DNA of 64,000 nucleotides from assembly GCA_052426225.1 (NCBI GenBank), contig JBNJNM010000011.1, forward strand, positions 2,108,001 through 2,172,000, given 5' to 3'. Positions 23,753 to 34,101 of the stretch are shown here, in pieces. Each line of letters begins with the position of its first letter. Positions within the stretch are counted from its first letter, which is position 1. Both the position numbers and the translations under genes were made by a program. The notes under the pieces are model-generated. The model did no database searches, had not been told where the DNA came from, and saw only the letters and a list, made by a program, of their open reading frames with translations. The stretch comes from Zancudomyces culisetae HAW-14-8. Lineage: Eukaryota > Fungi > Kickxellomycota.

Positions 23753-26645
23753 TATTTATTAGCCTGTGTTATTCTACTTGTGTATATGTATATGTATATT
23801 AAGTTTGTTGTTTGGTAAACCCCCACACTTGTATTTAATGGACGGGAGAAAATGATTAAGTGTTTTTAGTGATAAGTTTTCGCTATTACCAAGTTATCAA
23901 AGGGTCCTGTAAATTCCGAATTTCAAGTCTGGGTATTTGAAAGTGTATATCTTGCAGGTCTTTTTTTTTTGTTTTGTATTCAAACCAAGATACACTTGTA
24001 GGCTTTTATAGTTTTTTGAGCTCACTTTTGTAATTCTTCAAAACTGGGTTGGAAAACAAATAAAAAGAAACGCTGTATTTGTCAGCCAGTCTTTCTCTAC
24101 CTCTAATGATTTTTTATCTTTGCGGTTTTGGTGGTGCGATCAAAAAAAAAGTCAAACAAAAAAAACAAAATAGAGCAGAAAAAGTAGTAGAGCAGCTAAT
24201 GCCAACCTTTCCCAATTTACCCTATTAGCAATGGAGTTTTTAAAATATCCACTATATTTGGTTTTTATTTGACATTGCTATTAATATACTACCAATGGTA
24301 GAATCCCAACCACGATTATTGCTGGTATGTGAGCACAAAAGATAGTAATAAAGCGAAGGCAGGAAAGCTCGGAACGAGCAAATGTTAGTGCAGTGAATGG
24401 TTTGATCGTACGTTTTTTTTCATACCTCACTATACTCCCTCTTTTCATTGTAAAGTAGATAAATAGATGAATAGATTTGTGGTATTGGACGAAAAGGAAA
24501 CATAGGTAAAAATAAATACAATTAGGTTGTAACCACAGGTGTAACGAGAAGGTTGGCGCTAATATGTGTTATCATATAGAGATAGAAACTCTAAACGAAG
24601 AGGAAGAGGGGTGGGTGAAGTGTGAAGTGCGAAGGGGTGTGAGATAACAGAGCAAATACGCAGTTATAAGACTCACTCCTGAGTGCTTTTTAGACAACAT
24701 TAAAGACGTTTCTTGTATCTTTATTTTAGATAATTTATGACTTGATTCTCTATAGCCAATTAATATGGCGCTATTTGGAATGCATAGCAAGGTTATTAAC
24801 CCACACATGGTTGCAAATAAATAAATAAATAAAGGCTGAAAAAAAAAGAGCGGAGTATCAAATTCAGAATACGTGGCTAACCCACCTGGTGTGCATAAAA
24901 AGAAACATGAGGTTTTCGATTATAAGGTATGGGTAAGCGATGTCGATATTAATCCATAAATTCCGTTGGACATTAACCAAGAGCAAATAAACCAAAATAC
25001 CCTAGACAAAGAAAGCTTTTTCAGATTTCACAAGGCACTTTGTAAAACAGCTTTGATATACAATATAAAACATGTGTTTTTGCATACCTGATATCCGCTT
25101 TTGTGGCTGACCTTCGGATGAACAAGCGAGACGAACGAGTAAATAAAAGTCGCCATTTCTCGTCCTGTATGGGTTTCGCTTGTTGGATACTTTTAACCCA
25201 GGCAAAAAAAAGATAGGGTTGGACGTAAATGTCGCTTTTTGGCAATTTTATCTTACCAGTATTACAACTTTTTTGGAAGCAAATTATTCAAGACCAAAAA
25301 ATAAAAAAACAAAGTACATCAGAACGATAAGGACTACAGAGATGTGGAAAATGACATGTATATATGATACACTGGCTTTGAACCAGATAGTATACATATG
25401 TGATTAGATGACTGGGGTATACATTCTACCAAGTAAGCGGGACGTAGGTGGTGTAAAAATGATGAGTGCTATCTAGATTAACCAGAATGTAAGTGGGATA
25501 AACAAAAGATTCGAGAAAAAGAACGGTTGGTGAGAGCAAAATGATGGCGATTTGAGAATGAATATTAAACCTGTGATTATTTGTAATTCCATCGAATTTC
25601 TATTTGCAGAAAATGCAATTTAATTAAAAAAACATAAAAATATAAATGAAAAATCAATGAGAAATACTGGGAAAAATGAAATCAAGAAGAAGGTCAGATT
25701 TGTGGATAAAGACGAGTTTTCATTTGTGCCTGGTGTTTTTGTTTATGAGTTTTTTTTATATACTGTTACTAAAAAAAGGCGGACTCGAGGTCATGTTAAC
25801 CAACAATTATTTTAGTGCCAGACCCAAGAATAGAATTAATTTTTTTTGTTGTAAGGGCTGATATGGGCCAAATTTGTGCTTTTGTAGAGAAAAACCAGAT
25901 AATGAAAAAAGAAAAAACGGAAATGTTAAAGTAAATACAAAATAATAGCAAGTCAAAAGCATGCAAATAAATCTGGCAAATAAGAAAAGGTAAAAACGAG
26001 TCGAAGATTGTGGTAATAGAGTAGAATAACAATAAGGCTCAAAACTGAAGCAATTATAATGTGATGCAGAAAATCATTTGGGCAGAATCTGAAATGCAAG
26101 TTAGAAAAAAAAAAGCCTATGTAAATTAAAACGGAAAAAAAAAGGGAAAAAAAGCCCGTAAATAAATTTTTTGTTCAGTACAGGCATTAATGGAGAGAAA
26201 CAATGGTCAGATTTCAAGAAAGCTGAAAAAGGATTTTTTTTTCCTTACAAAACCATACTGCAAATTAAGTAATAATTATAAGCCAGCCTTTTTTTAATAC
26301 TAGATACATCAAAACAAAAAAGAAAAGAAAAAAAAGACAAATGAGTATAACGCTGAAGGATAAACCTTTATAGTACAACAAATTAGTAGTTTATGTTATT
26401 TATGATAGTGTGATACAAAGACATCCAAAGTGTTTGAGTAACGTATTTTTATAGAACCAAGATAAAGCGACACAAATAAGAAAAAAGCTTAGTCTTGGAT
26501 CAGCATAATTAGGTGGTGTAGGAATCCCTTTTCAGATCCAAGTAAATATAGCCAGCTTAGGAATCAAAGTAACGAGAATCAACTCGAATTCTTTTCTTTA
26601 AAAAAAAACAAGAGTTGAAAAGCAATAAATAAGAGACAAGCAGAA

Positions 26646-28793
26646 ATGGCAGAGATAGTAACAGGAACAGAGTGGTTGAGGAGGCAGGAACAAAACATGA
26701 AACAGGAGTTGGAGAAGAGGAAAGAAGACTTTGAATACACAATTAAAGACGCAGGAGCATGGCTGGAGAACATGGTCAACTCGATAAAGCAAACGTATAC
26801 AGAGAAACAGCTGAGAACAAGAAAGATAGCCAAGGTGGTAACCACAGGATATAACCTTCGGAGAGCTCAACGGGAGCTTGATGTAGGAGGGACAACAAAA
26901 GAGCTGGAAGAAGTGAGCAGAATCGAAAATGGTAGGAAAAAAAGGAGGACAAATGGCAGTAGCGAGTCCATGGATACTTTGGGAAGCCGAAATAGTATAC
27001 TGGACGGAAACATGGGAGGCCTGAGTGGGGGAGTAGAGGAACGGGGAGGAAGAAAGGTGGGCGTGGTACGATCGAGGTACTCTATACCTGGAAAGGAAAA
27101 CATAGTTGAAGTGACAGTAGCAAGGCTTCCGGCAGCAACTAGGGCAAGCTATATTGAGGTGAAGCCACAGATATATCAAGTGAAAACGGAGGAAAAGGAA
27201 AGAGAAAAGGGGAGAGGAGGGAAGGGGATGTCTAGAAGCAATAGTAATACTAGTAGTGGCAGTGGCAGTGGTAATGGTAGTGATAGTTCAAGTAAAAGGA
27301 GAAAATCAAAGAGCAGTCCAAAAAGAAGGGATAGGAAGAGTAGCCGCAAACCAAGCGTTAAAGCAAATGGAGGATTAGGAGAAAACATGGGAACAGCAAC
27401 ACTACGCGATCTCCTTGTAGGAGAAATGGGCTCATTACGAGCAAAGGGGCAAAGCGAAATGCAAAACAGTGGTAGTGGAGGAGAAGGGTGGTCATCAGCA
27501 GGAGAAGGCAATGATGAAGACAAGGAATACAGCTGGGAAGAGAGGCTGCGGCGGATAAGAATGGACAAAAAGAAGGGCGGTAAGGCAGTTGAGCTGAACA
27601 AAATGTTTACAGTAATGGAAGAAACGCTTCGAAAGAGAGATCAGATCAGAGCGGAGGAGTCTGAGGCAGAACGAGCAAGAGAAACAGACATGGAAGAGCC
27701 AGTGGAATACGAAATGATAGAGGATTCTGAGAGCAGCGATGACAGCGACAACGAGCAAATTGTTGTCAAAAAGAAACACAAGCAGCCAAAGACACCCAAA
27801 CACGTCAAGGCCAGCGTTGATGGAAAGACTGTTACGCCGTTCTTCCTCAACAAGCAGAAGACTGAAGACCACATTGAAGAAACCGCTGGCGACTGGCTGA
27901 CCACCGAGCAGGCTGCAGCTGTAACCACCGACCGGCTGCTTTCGCCTCAACTGCTCCATGAACAGGCTACGGCCGTGACAACCGACCAGCTGCTCTCGCC
28001 CCAGCTGCTTCATGAACACAGCGATCCCGACGACTCGAACCGCCACGAAGACCTCAGTCGTATTGCTATGAAGAGCTCGCCACTCAATTCGCATGCCGAG
28101 CCGATGTTGGGTGTCGACAACATGGAGGTTGAGCCGTCCATCTCCAGCAGATATAGCAGCCGGGACACTCAATTCGAGCTCAAACCCAACGAAATTATTG
28201 GCCTTGATGATCTCAATATGGATTTGGATCTCGACATTGTTCTCAACCAGCCTGCTACAACTCCCTTCAGCCTGGCCAAACAACCTGCCTCGACCGCCTC
28301 GCTTGACTTTATTACTCCGCTGGCCCCTGCAAAGATTCCTGGTGATCACACCACCATTGTGCCCCCGGGCAAGGTTTCTCCGCCCGAAATTGTTTCCGAG
28401 GACGAAGACGAAGAGGAGGACGACGACGGCTACACTTTGGACGACTTGCGGCCGTTTATGGACCCCATTCCTCACGACGCGTCGCCCGAGCAGATCCGAA
28501 AACTACGCAAGAAGGCCATAAAACGGCTGAAGAATCCTGGACTGATCCCAACACCAAAATGGGCAAAGACTCCCAACCTTATCAAGCAGCTGGTTGAGCA
28601 ACACGGAGTAAATCCTGACGCAGTCTTTGGTCGCATTCGACCCCTCAAGGTCAACGAGATTTTCAGCTCCGACATGGCGGCCGCCGAACTTAAGAACCGA
28701 AAGAAGTCCAGCGGTGTGTTTTGGACCGGCACTGATGCGCTGACTACCCAGGAAATCGAGGCGTACAACCGACAGATGGGCTACACCAATTGA
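26646..28793 (+). CDS. INCENP: Inner centromere protein (INCENP/Sli15/Pic1)
   Basis: C-terminal IN-box PKWAKTPNL..LVEQ..NPDAVFG..LKVNEIF..SSGVFWTGTDALT..YNRQMGY; N-terminal coiled helix; disordered middle. Confidence 0.88.
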   Translation: MAEIVTGTEWLRRQEQNMKQELEKRKEDFEYTIKDAGAWLENMVNSIKQTYTEKQLRTRKIAKVVTTGYNLRRAQRELDVGGTTKELEEVSRIENGRKKRRTNGSSESMDTLGSRNSILDGNMGGLSGGVEERGGRKVGVVRSRYSIPGKENIVEVTVARLPAATRASYIEVKPQIYQVKTEEKEREKGRGGKGMSRSNSNTSSGSGSGNGSDSSSKRRKSKSSPKRRDRKSSRKPSVKANGGLGENMGTATLRDLLVGEMGSLRAKGQSEMQNSGSGGEGWSSAGEGNDEDKEYSWEERLRRIRMDKKKGGKAVELNKMFTVMEETLRKRDQIRAEESEAERARETDMEEPVEYEMIEDSESSDDSDNEQIVVKKKHKQPKTPKHVKASVDGKTVTPFFLNKQKTEDHIEETAGDWLTTEQAAAVTTDRLLSPQLLHEQATAVTTDQLLSPQLLHEHSDPDDSNRHEDLSRIAMKSSPLNSHAEPMLGVDNMEVEPSISSRYSSRDTQFELKPNEIIGLDDLNMDLDLDIVLNQPATTPFSLAKQPASTASLDFITPLAPAKIPGDHTTIVPPGKVSPPEIVSEDEDEEEDDDGYTLDDLRPFMDPIPHDASPEQIRKLRKKAIKRLKNPGLIPTPKWAKTPNLIKQLVEQHGVNPDAVFGRIRPLKVNEIFSSDMAAAELKNRKKSSGVFWTGTDALTTQEIEAYNRQMGYTN
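27906..28019 (+). repeat. 54-bp (18 aa) tandem duplication in INCENP
   Basis: EQAAAVTTDRLLSPQLLH / EQATAVTTDQLLSPQLLH. Confidence 0.9.
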
Positions 28794-28871
28794 GCAAATT
28801 CCGACAAGTGGCGGGGGGGGGGAGGAAGTTGGGTTTGTTGTGTTTTATTTTGTTTATTTATTGACTAAGTG

Positions 28872-31220
28872 CTAGTTGAAATAATTTGATAAATTTGGAA
28901 GTCTTGCATAATCTATTAAATCTATACTATTATTATTGTTATTGCTATTGTTATTGTTATTACTATTTAAACCACCACTAGTATCAATGTTATTACTATT
29001 TGCATTCAACTTGTTTAAATACACTTCTCTTAATTTGTTATAATTACTATTACTATTACTGTTTCCATTTCCATTTACATTTCCATTTCCACTCCCGTTA
29101 GCATTACCATTCAGTGTAGTGTTGTAATAATTACTTGAAAAATGAATTTTCAGCTGATTTGACAGATACCCCAAGTTGTCAATTTTTTGGACATCAGGAC
29201 TTCTCCTCTCAAATCCACCATTGTCGCTTTTCACAACCAAATCATCATTTTTATAGACACCATCAGAATTTCCCATATGCTGGTCCAAAAAATCATCAGA
29301 GTTGTCGTTGGGATAGTAATAGAACCTTCCAAACCTTCCAGCTCTAAACCTGTAGTCCCTTTTAATTTTTTTATTTGCAATAGCCACCGACATTGAATCC
29401 AGAATTACACCAGCACCATCACTGCCATTCCCACTACCCGCATAATTGTTATTGCCACCATTACCATCAACCATGTCAGTACCAGAGCTGCGGTATGGAT
29501 ATCCAATTTTGCCTCCATAGTGGTAGTAATAGGCCGAGGGCAAAAGCTCAACATAGTTTTTGGTACTTTCAATTCTCCGCTTGATTTTGTTTTTGAGTCG
29601 CTCTATACTCTCTCTATAAGGCTTTGGTATTGAGTATATTGGAACCTGAATAAGCTGATCCATCGCCCGCTTGGTGCCACCCTGTTCTGCCAATGAGCCT
29701 GCTCCTACTCCTACACCAGATCCAGATCCTGCCATCCCAACACCAGGCGCCAACATGCCCTTATGTTTATTAGCTGCTTGCTGGCTCTTTTTATCTCCCA
29801 ATAATCCTGCAGTCGATATCCCATTGCTCAATTGGCCGTGTTGCTGTTGTTGTTGCTGGCTTTGTTGATACAGTAGCCGCTTCTTAATGCTGCTTGCAGA
29901 AATACTGAACAGTTCCTTAATATTTCCTTCGTCCTTGTTCAATAGACCCAAATGCCGTTTCATCGCCAGCACCAAATCTCGCTGCTCCACCACTTTTTTG
30001 CCCATCTTCAAAACCTCCAACTTCTTCTTTTCACGCATAACTGTCTTGTCGAGAATCTGTGCTGCGCATACCAAATTAACCTGTAGTTTTTGAATTAGTT
30101 CTATCAGCCGGTTTGTGTCCTGTGCTTTTCTGGTCTTTCGAATCTGCCGCACCTCGCGCTTTCGGAAACATATATACGGATTGTTTGCGGAATCGTACAA
30201 TACCACCGCTCCACTCCCGCCCTCTAGAGACTGTCTATCTCCCTGTTGCTGTTGGCTTTGTTCATCCTTATCGCTACCGCTAGTCTTTAGTCGTGCCATT
30301 ATCATCGTATCTCGACCTTTGCTTTCCATAATTAACCTTTGCTTGCGATGTTTCCAGAGTTCAAAGACCTCTGCTGCCTCTGAATTGACTATCATCCCTC
30401 TGCCTCGTGCATATTCTTGTATCTTTTCTAGTGTTGGTATTGGAACCTCCTTATCCTCGCTCCCTGGGTATTTCAAAAAGTCCATCCTTTCAGTAGCCGT
30501 TTCCAATTGGTCCATTAGCATTTCAAATCGTTCTTCGCTCAGTTGTCTAGCCCTTAGTTTCTCAATCACCTCTCGTCCTAAATCCACCGTTTCTTTCTTT
30601 TTCTTTTTGCGCTTCTTTTTTCCATCCTCCTCCACCGCACCACCCAACCCATCCTCTTTTTTACCCGATATACCCTCATCTACCTCTTCTTTTATGTTGC
30701 CTTCTTTTAATTTCTCTTCAATTTCCGCCTGCAATTTCTCATTAAAATCTGCTAGCCAGGCTTCATCTTCCTCATCCATACAATACTGCGTACCCAAAAC
30801 GTCCTCATCTGCAACTCCAGAATACCGAATCAACCCTTTGGGTGGTTCGTATTTCCTACTGTACCATTTCTGTCGTATCGCCAGGTCGATTCGCGTCTTG
30901 GGCGTAGGAATCACTCCAATCCCAGCCTCTTGTTTTTTTGTAGCAGCCTCATCTTCGACTTTTCCCTCTTCCTCGACCTCCGTAGATTCCTTTGGTTCCT
31001 GCTCCTTTTTGTACCCACGCCCCGTTAGCATGGCCTGTGTTGCCGAAATCGCTGCTTGTAGATGATGTTCATTTTCTTCCTCTTTTTCGACTCCTGTTTC
31101 TATATCTATGGTTCTATTGATCTCCTCTCGTTCTAAATCAGTTAGGTCTGATGCTAGGTATATGGGAAGTGGCCTTTTTAGGTCCACCTTCCTGGCTCTA
31201 AATCTTTGCGCCCCTACCAT
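28872..31220 (-). CDS. EPL1: Enhancer of polycomb-like protein (NuA4 subunit)
   Basis: FRARKVDLKRPL, ETGVEKEEENEHHLQAAI, YCMDEEDEAWL, NPYICFRKREVRQIRKTR, FRAGRFGR. Confidence 0.95.
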   Translation of the reverse strand: MVGAQRFRARKVDLKRPLPIYLASDLTDLEREEINRTIDIETGVEKEEENEHHLQAAISATQAMLTGRGYKKEQEPKESTEVEEEGKVEDEAATKKQEAGIGVIPTPKTRIDLAIRQKWYSRKYEPPKGLIRYSGVADEDVLGTQYCMDEEDEAWLADFNEKLQAEIEEKLKEGNIKEEVDEGISGKKEDGLGGAVEEDGKKKRKKKKKETVDLGREVIEKLRARQLSEERFEMLMDQLETATERMDFLKYPGSEDKEVPIPTLEKIQEYARGRGMIVNSEAAEVFELWKHRKQRLIMESKGRDTMIMARLKTSGSDKDEQSQQQQGDRQSLEGGSGAVVLYDSANNPYICFRKREVRQIRKTRKAQDTNRLIELIQKLQVNLVCAAQILDKTVMREKKKLEVLKMGKKVVEQRDLVLAMKRHLGLLNKDEGNIKELFSISASSIKKRLLYQQSQQQQQQHGQLSNGISTAGLLGDKKSQQAANKHKGMLAPGVGMAGSGSGVGVGAGSLAEQGGTKRAMDQLIQVPIYSIPKPYRESIERLKNKIKRRIESTKNYVELLPSAYYYHYGGKIGYPYRSSGTDMVDGNGGNNNYAGSGNGSDGAGVILDSMSVAIANKKIKRDYRFRAGRFGRFYYYPNDNSDDFLDQHMGNSDGVYKNDDLVVKSDNGGFERRSPDVQKIDNLGYLSNQLKIHFSSNYYNTTLNGNANGSGNGNVNGNGNSNSNSNYNKLREVYLNKLNANSNNIDTSGGLNSNNNNNSNNNNNSIDLIDYARLPNLSNYFN

Positions 31221-31250
31221 CCTCTGGTTTAATTTTAGTGTTGCGTTTTT

Positions 31251-31266
31251 ACGCGTATATACGCGT
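31251..31266. promoter_or_regulatory. Perfect 16-bp palindrome containing two MCB (ACGCGT) boxes
   Basis: acgcgtatatacgcgt 30 bp upstream of the EPL1 ATG; CACGTG and TTTTCGCG near 31415-31428. Confidence 0.45.
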
Positions 31267-32643
31267 TTCTTGTCACGCTGTCTTTTACTGTTTTATATTC
31301 TGGCTCTGAAGCTTTTCTCTACAGTAAAAGATAGGGTTCAAATATAGATTATCTACTTTCATCTGTTTTCATCTGGTTCACAAAAAAATGTTTTTCATGT
31401 TTTTTTCAAACTTTCACGTGTTTTCGCGTTTCCCCCTTTACCTTTTGTTTATCCACATAGATATATCAATTCGGCTAATACAAAAAAAAAAATTTTTTTT
31501 TCTTCGTCACTAGATTTTTTTTCCTTTACGTTTCTTTTTCGTATTTGTTTACTTTTCAGTTTTTCAAATTAAAATCATTATCGCTTATTTTTTTTTTGCT
31601 ATTCGACGCTAGTTGCTTTGGTTTAAATCTTAGTACATATTACTCTAATACCTAGCACTTTTTTTATTTTTTTAATTTGCTTTGCTTTGTTTGAGAAAAA
31701 AATTTTTAATCCATGAAAATCACTTTGTTTATTATTTGTTTTGCAGATTATACTCTTTGTTACGTTGATTAAAGACCACTAAAATATCTACATTAGCTAG
31801 ATTTAAACGCATTAAAGTGACAACTGGCAATAAAAATTTTTTTTCGTTTATCACCTTACTAATGATTCAAACACTTTGTTCAATACCTTAAGCAATTATT
31901 TTGTTCCTATTAATTCCATTATTTATCTCTAACTTTTAATTTGCCTCCTTAAAATATTCTCGAGTTTGAGATTTCAAACTATGCAAGTTTTTAAGAAGCA
32001 GTATATCCGAAATATACCATTTCTTTATCCGTTACCTTTTCCTCCCCCTCAAAATTTATATGTGACGAATATAGGAATTTTTAATACAAATTCCACCACT
32101 TTGCCAAGACTCTTGCTGCATTTTTCAAACCCATTATTCGACATCAAATGCATAATTATTATCAAATACAAACCTCTCCCTCCCCACACAAAGCGAACAA
32201 TACTCGAAAAATAAAATATAAACAAAAAAAAAGACTCAACTCTTGGTCCTCATGAAAATCATGCGACCAGTATATGGTTTGATACAAACCCAACTACTGT
32301 TATGATGGTTTTTATTTTTGTATTTCTTTTGAAATTGCAATTGAGCCTGTTTATCCCTCAAACAGCACTTTACTCGACACAAAGTTTGTTTATGTCTGGT
32401 TTAACACATACATACATACCAGTTTCCCAACATTATTTCAATTAATAATGGGATAACAAGTAAATAAAGTTTTAAATAGCACAGCACTCGTCCTGTGACC
32501 CAAATTCATAGCCCAACAAAATATAAACACCAGAGTAGGAGTAAGCTGAGAATTATGTTTACTGTGATAATTTCCAAAATCTAAAACAAGAAAATAGTGG
32601 TTATAAAAGTATATTTCTTGGAGGGGAAAAAAACATCATAAAT

Positions 32644-34101
32644 TTATTCGTCAGCAATAACATATGCCCATACAGCCATGGCAGCAGCATTGCGTCTAAG
32701 CTGGTGTTTGTCCAAGGCATCCATTCTGTCTGCATCGGTGTGATGGAAGCGGAAGTATCCTTCATATCCGGCTGGGCTCAATGGAGGAGCATGCGAGTAC
32801 TTGTCAACTGGCTCGAACCCACCACATGGAATTCCATAGCTACACAAAGGCGATATGTCTACAGCAGGCTCATCATCGACGCGAGTAACATTACCTCCTC
32901 CAATGGATGGAAGTAGAAGCTGACCATAGGCACTAAGTTTGTCAACATATTCTTGAGGTGCATTAACTTGCATACCCCATGGCTCAAAGTTTCCAATATC
33001 AGATTCCATGGCGAAAACGTGATTATCAAGCTCGTTCTTGTGGGCCTCAAAGTAGCCATCAGCACCACGGCTGAAAGACTCTTCATTGTTCCACATAACA
33101 ACTCTGACTGTGCGCTTTGGTCTTCTTGGCAATCTTGAAATCATTTTAAGAGCGCCATATGAGCAGAATGCACCTGCTCCGTCATCCATAGCACCAACTC
33201 CGACATCCCATGAATCAAAGTGTCCACTAATAATCACAATTTCTTCTGGCTTCTCAGAACCCTTAATATCCATGATAATATTGGGCTGCATGGTGTGGTT
33301 TACATGATTTTGTGCATTCATAACCAACTTGACCTTTGGTGCCACGAAGAGATCTGCGTTGTGCATGCTTGGGTTGGCCTTGGCTTGTTGGTGTCGATTG
33401 TACATTCTGGTAATCAATTTGGAATCTTCAACAGAAATAGCTGCAGCTGGAATTCCAGAGGGATCCATTGTTCCTGTATGTGGTGTCACCAATGAGTATC
33501 CAGTAATAGATTGGACCAATGCACCAACAGCTCCGTATGCTTCTGCCTTCTGGGCTCCGTAAAATCTGTATTTGCTGTTATCACCGTAGCTGACAAAGTC
33601 TGCGTTATACAAAACTATGTTTCCAGCAATTGTAGCATTGCCGAGCTTCTCAAGCTCTTCGAATGAACTGACTGGGATCACATTTGCTTCAATTCCACCA
33701 GGACCTGTTCCCACTGATTGACCAAGTCCGAGCATTGGAAGGCTTACCATTGGATCTTCGCGTGTTGGGACATACAGGTGGACGGATTCTGTACCACGTT
33801 TCCAGTAATCAACAGGTACGTTTTCGGTCCATGCGGTAATACTAGGATAATTCTTGACATCTCGCATTACCCAATCGGCAGAGCGTGCATATTGTACTGA
33901 AGCTGTCATTCTGTTTCCATACAGATCTGTCATTTCAGCAAGTTCATCCCACACGGAGGTATCATTAACATTAAAAGCAAATTCGACAAGCTTTCTAGCC
34001 ATATCGAAAGAGCCTGTGCTAATGTTTCCAGCACATCCGGGAGCTGCAGCTACACTTGATGCAAGTAGCGAAGTAGCAAGACCAATGATTGATACCTTCA
34101 T
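32644..34101 (-). CDS. Secreted M28 metallopeptidase, carboxypeptidase Q-like with PA domain
   Basis: Signal peptide MKVSIIGLATSLLASSVAA; Zn-binding motifs GHFDSWD, AMDDGAG, NEE, MESD, HHTDAD; PHTG; intronless. Confidence 0.93.
   Translation of the reverse strand: MKVSIIGLATSLLASSVAAAPGCAGNISTGSFDMARKLVEFAFNVNDTSVWDELAEMTDLYGNRMTASVQYARSADWVMRDVKNYPSITAWTENVPVDYWKRGTESVHLYVPTREDPMVSLPMLGLGQSVGTGPGGIEANVIPVSSFEELEKLGNATIAGNIVLYNADFVSYGDNSKYRFYGAQKAEAYGAVGALVQSITGYSLVTPHTGTMDPSGIPAAAISVEDSKLITRMYNRHQQAKANPSMHNADLFVAPKVKLVMNAQNHVNHTMQPNIIMDIKGSEKPEEIVIISGHFDSWDVGVGAMDDGAGAFCSYGALKMISRLPRRPKRTVRVVMWNNEESFSRGADGYFEAHKNELDNHVFAMESDIGNFEPWGMQVNAPQEYVDKLSAYGQLLLPSIGGGNVTRVDDEPAVDISPLCSYGIPCGGFEPVDKYSHAPPLSPAGYEGYFRFHHTDADRMDALDKHQLRRNAAAMAVWAYVIADE

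Noticed and set aside
27495-31065. Antisense ORFs of 326 aa (over INCENP) and 316 aa (over EPL1)
   Set aside because: Shadows of compositionally biased real genes
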